Source of the DNA: Takakia lepidozioides | Lineage: Eukaryota > Plantae > Bryophyta | Assembly (NCBI GenBank): GCA_030704615.1 | Contig: CM060731.1 | Location: 84,444,001 to 84,508,000, forward strand | Direction of reading: 5' to 3' | DNA length: 64,000 nt | Part shown: in pieces, positions 61,600-64,000 of the stretch | Position numbering within the stretch: position 1 is the stretch's first letter | Layout of the letters: every line of letters begins with the position of its first letter | Notes under the pieces: model-generated | Database searches by the model: none | What the model saw: only the letters and a program-made list of their open reading frames with translations | What the model was told of the DNA's origin: nothing | Position numbers and translations under genes: made by a program

Positions 61600-62810
61600 C
61601 TTTGGCAACGTTCCCCCGTGCCTTCTTAGAGAGAGAGAGCTTCACATCTTCGCACCCTCCGACCATCACGTTCTTTGCAAGCCACAGATGTTGAAGAATG
61701 GAGTCCATGAATAGCTGATGGTGATGGAGCTTTCTTGTTCATTACACGAGACGTCGCAGCGATAGAAGATTGTTTGGGAATCTTCGCATGTACAGTACCC
61801 AAAAGAACAAGACGGAATCCAGCAGCCGTTAGTCTGTCCACTTCCGTTTGCGTAGGATCAGTTCCCTTGGCAACCGGCTACATAGATGGAACGTTCCCAG
61901 GGTGGGAAGTATTGTGAGAAATGCACGGACATGATGCGTGGGTTACGTCATCTGCACAGAACCAAAGCAACTTTTGTACCGGACAAGTCATAACAAGAGG
62001 GTGGTTCCAACTCAGAAAATTTGGAGCTGGAATTCCAACAGTGGATCCCTTTGGAAGAATTCTCAATGTCTGTCTTCTTTGTCCGCACCACAACATTGCA
62101 CTGTTGTCCTGCGCAATGTACGCTCGATCTTCCATCCAAGCCGAGGATGAGCCGATTCATGTACATACTGTCCGTCTTGTGTGGGATGCTCATTGATGGA
62201 TGGAACAAGATTGAAATGTTTGGAACTTTGAAATCTTGTCTTGTGTCTGCCACAAATACTGTCTTTCCTTGAATCAGATGACTTTGAGTCTAAGTCATCA
62301 ATGAGAATAGGTTTGATCTGTACAGATCTGGGATCTGCATTTGACCTTATGTCCTTGAGCAAGGCTGAAGCGCGCGGAATTGAGCTGCCGACATTTTCCG
62401 TTCTAAGATTCAAATCATGCCTCCACGAAGAGTTGGGATCATGTGTCGTAGATATTCCCACCTTCCTCTGAACTCTTCATGTTCTTTTATTCCCCTCCAT
62501 GTGGTCGCCACGGGTATGCAACGGAGTTCTAGCCACAATATCCCTCAGGGCAGATCCCATCTTCTTCGCATTTTTAACCTTCAGAGCTTCCCTACAAAGC
62601 AGCTAAGATGCATCGGGCCCAATCCTAGCTCCACGTCCATAGAACACATTTCTCCAGTCTCCATCAAAGCCCGAACACTGTCATCTCTTGTTGTCTCAAC
62701 CATATCCTTTTTATTCGGTCCTGAACCTTTTTTCCATTTCGCATGCACAGACTTAGCCATGTTGGTATTTGGCATCCCAGATTCTGCATCACGATCCATC
62801 CGCTGCACAA
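61600..62810 (-). pseudogene. Degraded GCM-MULE transposase, C-terminal half
   Basis: MPNTNMAKSVHAKW (compare MPNTNMAESVHSSW), IPAPNF, LWFCADD, ...DRLTAAGFRLV (compare DALTAAGFRMV). Confidence 0.8.
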
Positions 62811-63009
62811 TACAAGCAATATTATAAGTGGTTTAATGTCAAAGAGAAAAGCTTTTACAATGCAGAGCCAAAATTCTGTATTGAAGCCAACTAATATGGA
62901 GAAGCCGAATGTTAGGCCATCCATGTCCAGCTGGCCCTTCGATGAATGTACATTATGTCCCAACAGAAGATCAATCACATCAGCCCTCGTCAATCTTTGA
63001 ATCCATGTC

Positions 63010-63555
63010 CGACACGCCATCTTTGGCCAACGAAGGTCTGTCCCTGCTCATCTACAGGTCAACGAAGGTGATGATAATACTATGTAATAAGGTAAGGGAA
63101 ATGTTTACATAATCGAAAGCCGTTGGATTAGAATTATGTGAAAGGATTTTTTCATTATAGAACAATGATTAGTGCAGACCACCGTAGGGCAAAAATGAAA
63201 GAGTAATAAATGGACCAGATCCACGTTCGTTTGACGAAGGCGGATATGTTGCAGGTAGCTCATTCGTACGCATTCTGGAAAAAAACTCATTATACTCCCT
63301 TCGATTGTGGGTGATAAATCAAATAAATTGGATCTAACGAAGGTGGATATGGTGTAGGTATCAATTAAAAAAAAAAAACTCAGTATACTCCATTCGTTTG
63401 TGGTTGATAAAATATTAATTTGGATCCACCTTCGTTCGACAAAGGAGGATATGATGTAGGTATTAAATCGGAAAATGAACACCTCATGATACTCTTTTCG
63501 TTTACAGATGATATCCCATAAAAAATGGATCCATCTTCGTTTGGCGAAAATGAGG
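63010..63555. repeat. Cluster of ATCCACCTTCGT-N3-ACGAAGGTGGAT palindromes and half-sites
   Basis: Near-complete copies at 63219-63245 and 63424-63450; partial copies at about 63030, 63062, 63337 and 63528. Confidence 0.7.
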
Positions 63556-64000
63556 AGTATTGTAAGAATGAATATGCAGCCAATTACGAAAGTCAGTTGT
63601 AGCAAATCAAGCAGCAGATGATATAAAATATCAATGTTTGTCAATCCTGCAAACCCACCTTCTTCAAACAAAGGTCCTTCTGATTCTGGACAGATTATAT
63701 ATATATATATTGACATATTCTGGATAGTGACACACATACAAGCCTACTTTCAATGGATGTGAGGGCCTTATTGCCACAAATTATAGGTGCATATCCAATC
63801 ACATCATTAATAACATTATATATGTATCATGAAATTGGATGGGAAGAAAGAACATACATATCTCATAAAGTTGCCCCACATGCAGTATCGTACATGTCAC
63901 CACGTAATCCAACTCTCCAGCTCTATCAAATGTTTTCTGGGGCAAGCTGCTTCTTCCTCCCACCACGATATCAGTTTACACTTGTAGTAGTGGGTAGTCT

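Overview
This window is eukaryotic, land-plant-like and almost entirely nested transposons; the element families suggest a non-seed plant, but the host cannot be fixed from sequence. It contains Galadriel-like chromovirus Ty3/gypsy elements, a non-chromovirus Ty3/gypsy family with extra 5' and 3' ORFs, a SWIM-type Mutator transposase (At1g60560-like), a pogo/DDE_1 transposase, a complete TTAA-flanked piggyBac inside an LRR-receptor pseudogene, two tRNA-derived SINEs and a virus-like ssDNA-binding protein ORF. The standout is a large Mutator-like element at about 32.0-43.9 kb, with a second partial copy at about 19.2-31.9 kb. It pairs a GCM-like/DDE/SWIM transposase with a divergently transcribed, intron-containing gene for a ParB/Srx-like domain (DGNHR) fused to a beta-class amino-DNA-methyltransferase-like domain. 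Between the two genes lies an array of a 20-bp palindrome, GAAATGCGG-YR-CCGCATTTC, on a 53-bp period; the palindrome recurs in that gene's introns and near the element ends. Related transposase fragments elsewhere in the window sit beside different palindrome arrays. This suggests a transposon-encoded, sequence-specific DNA-marking or anti-silencing system. Nearly all coding regions carry stops or frameshifts, some of which may be sequencing errors. All homology calls are by-eye motif recognition, not database searches.
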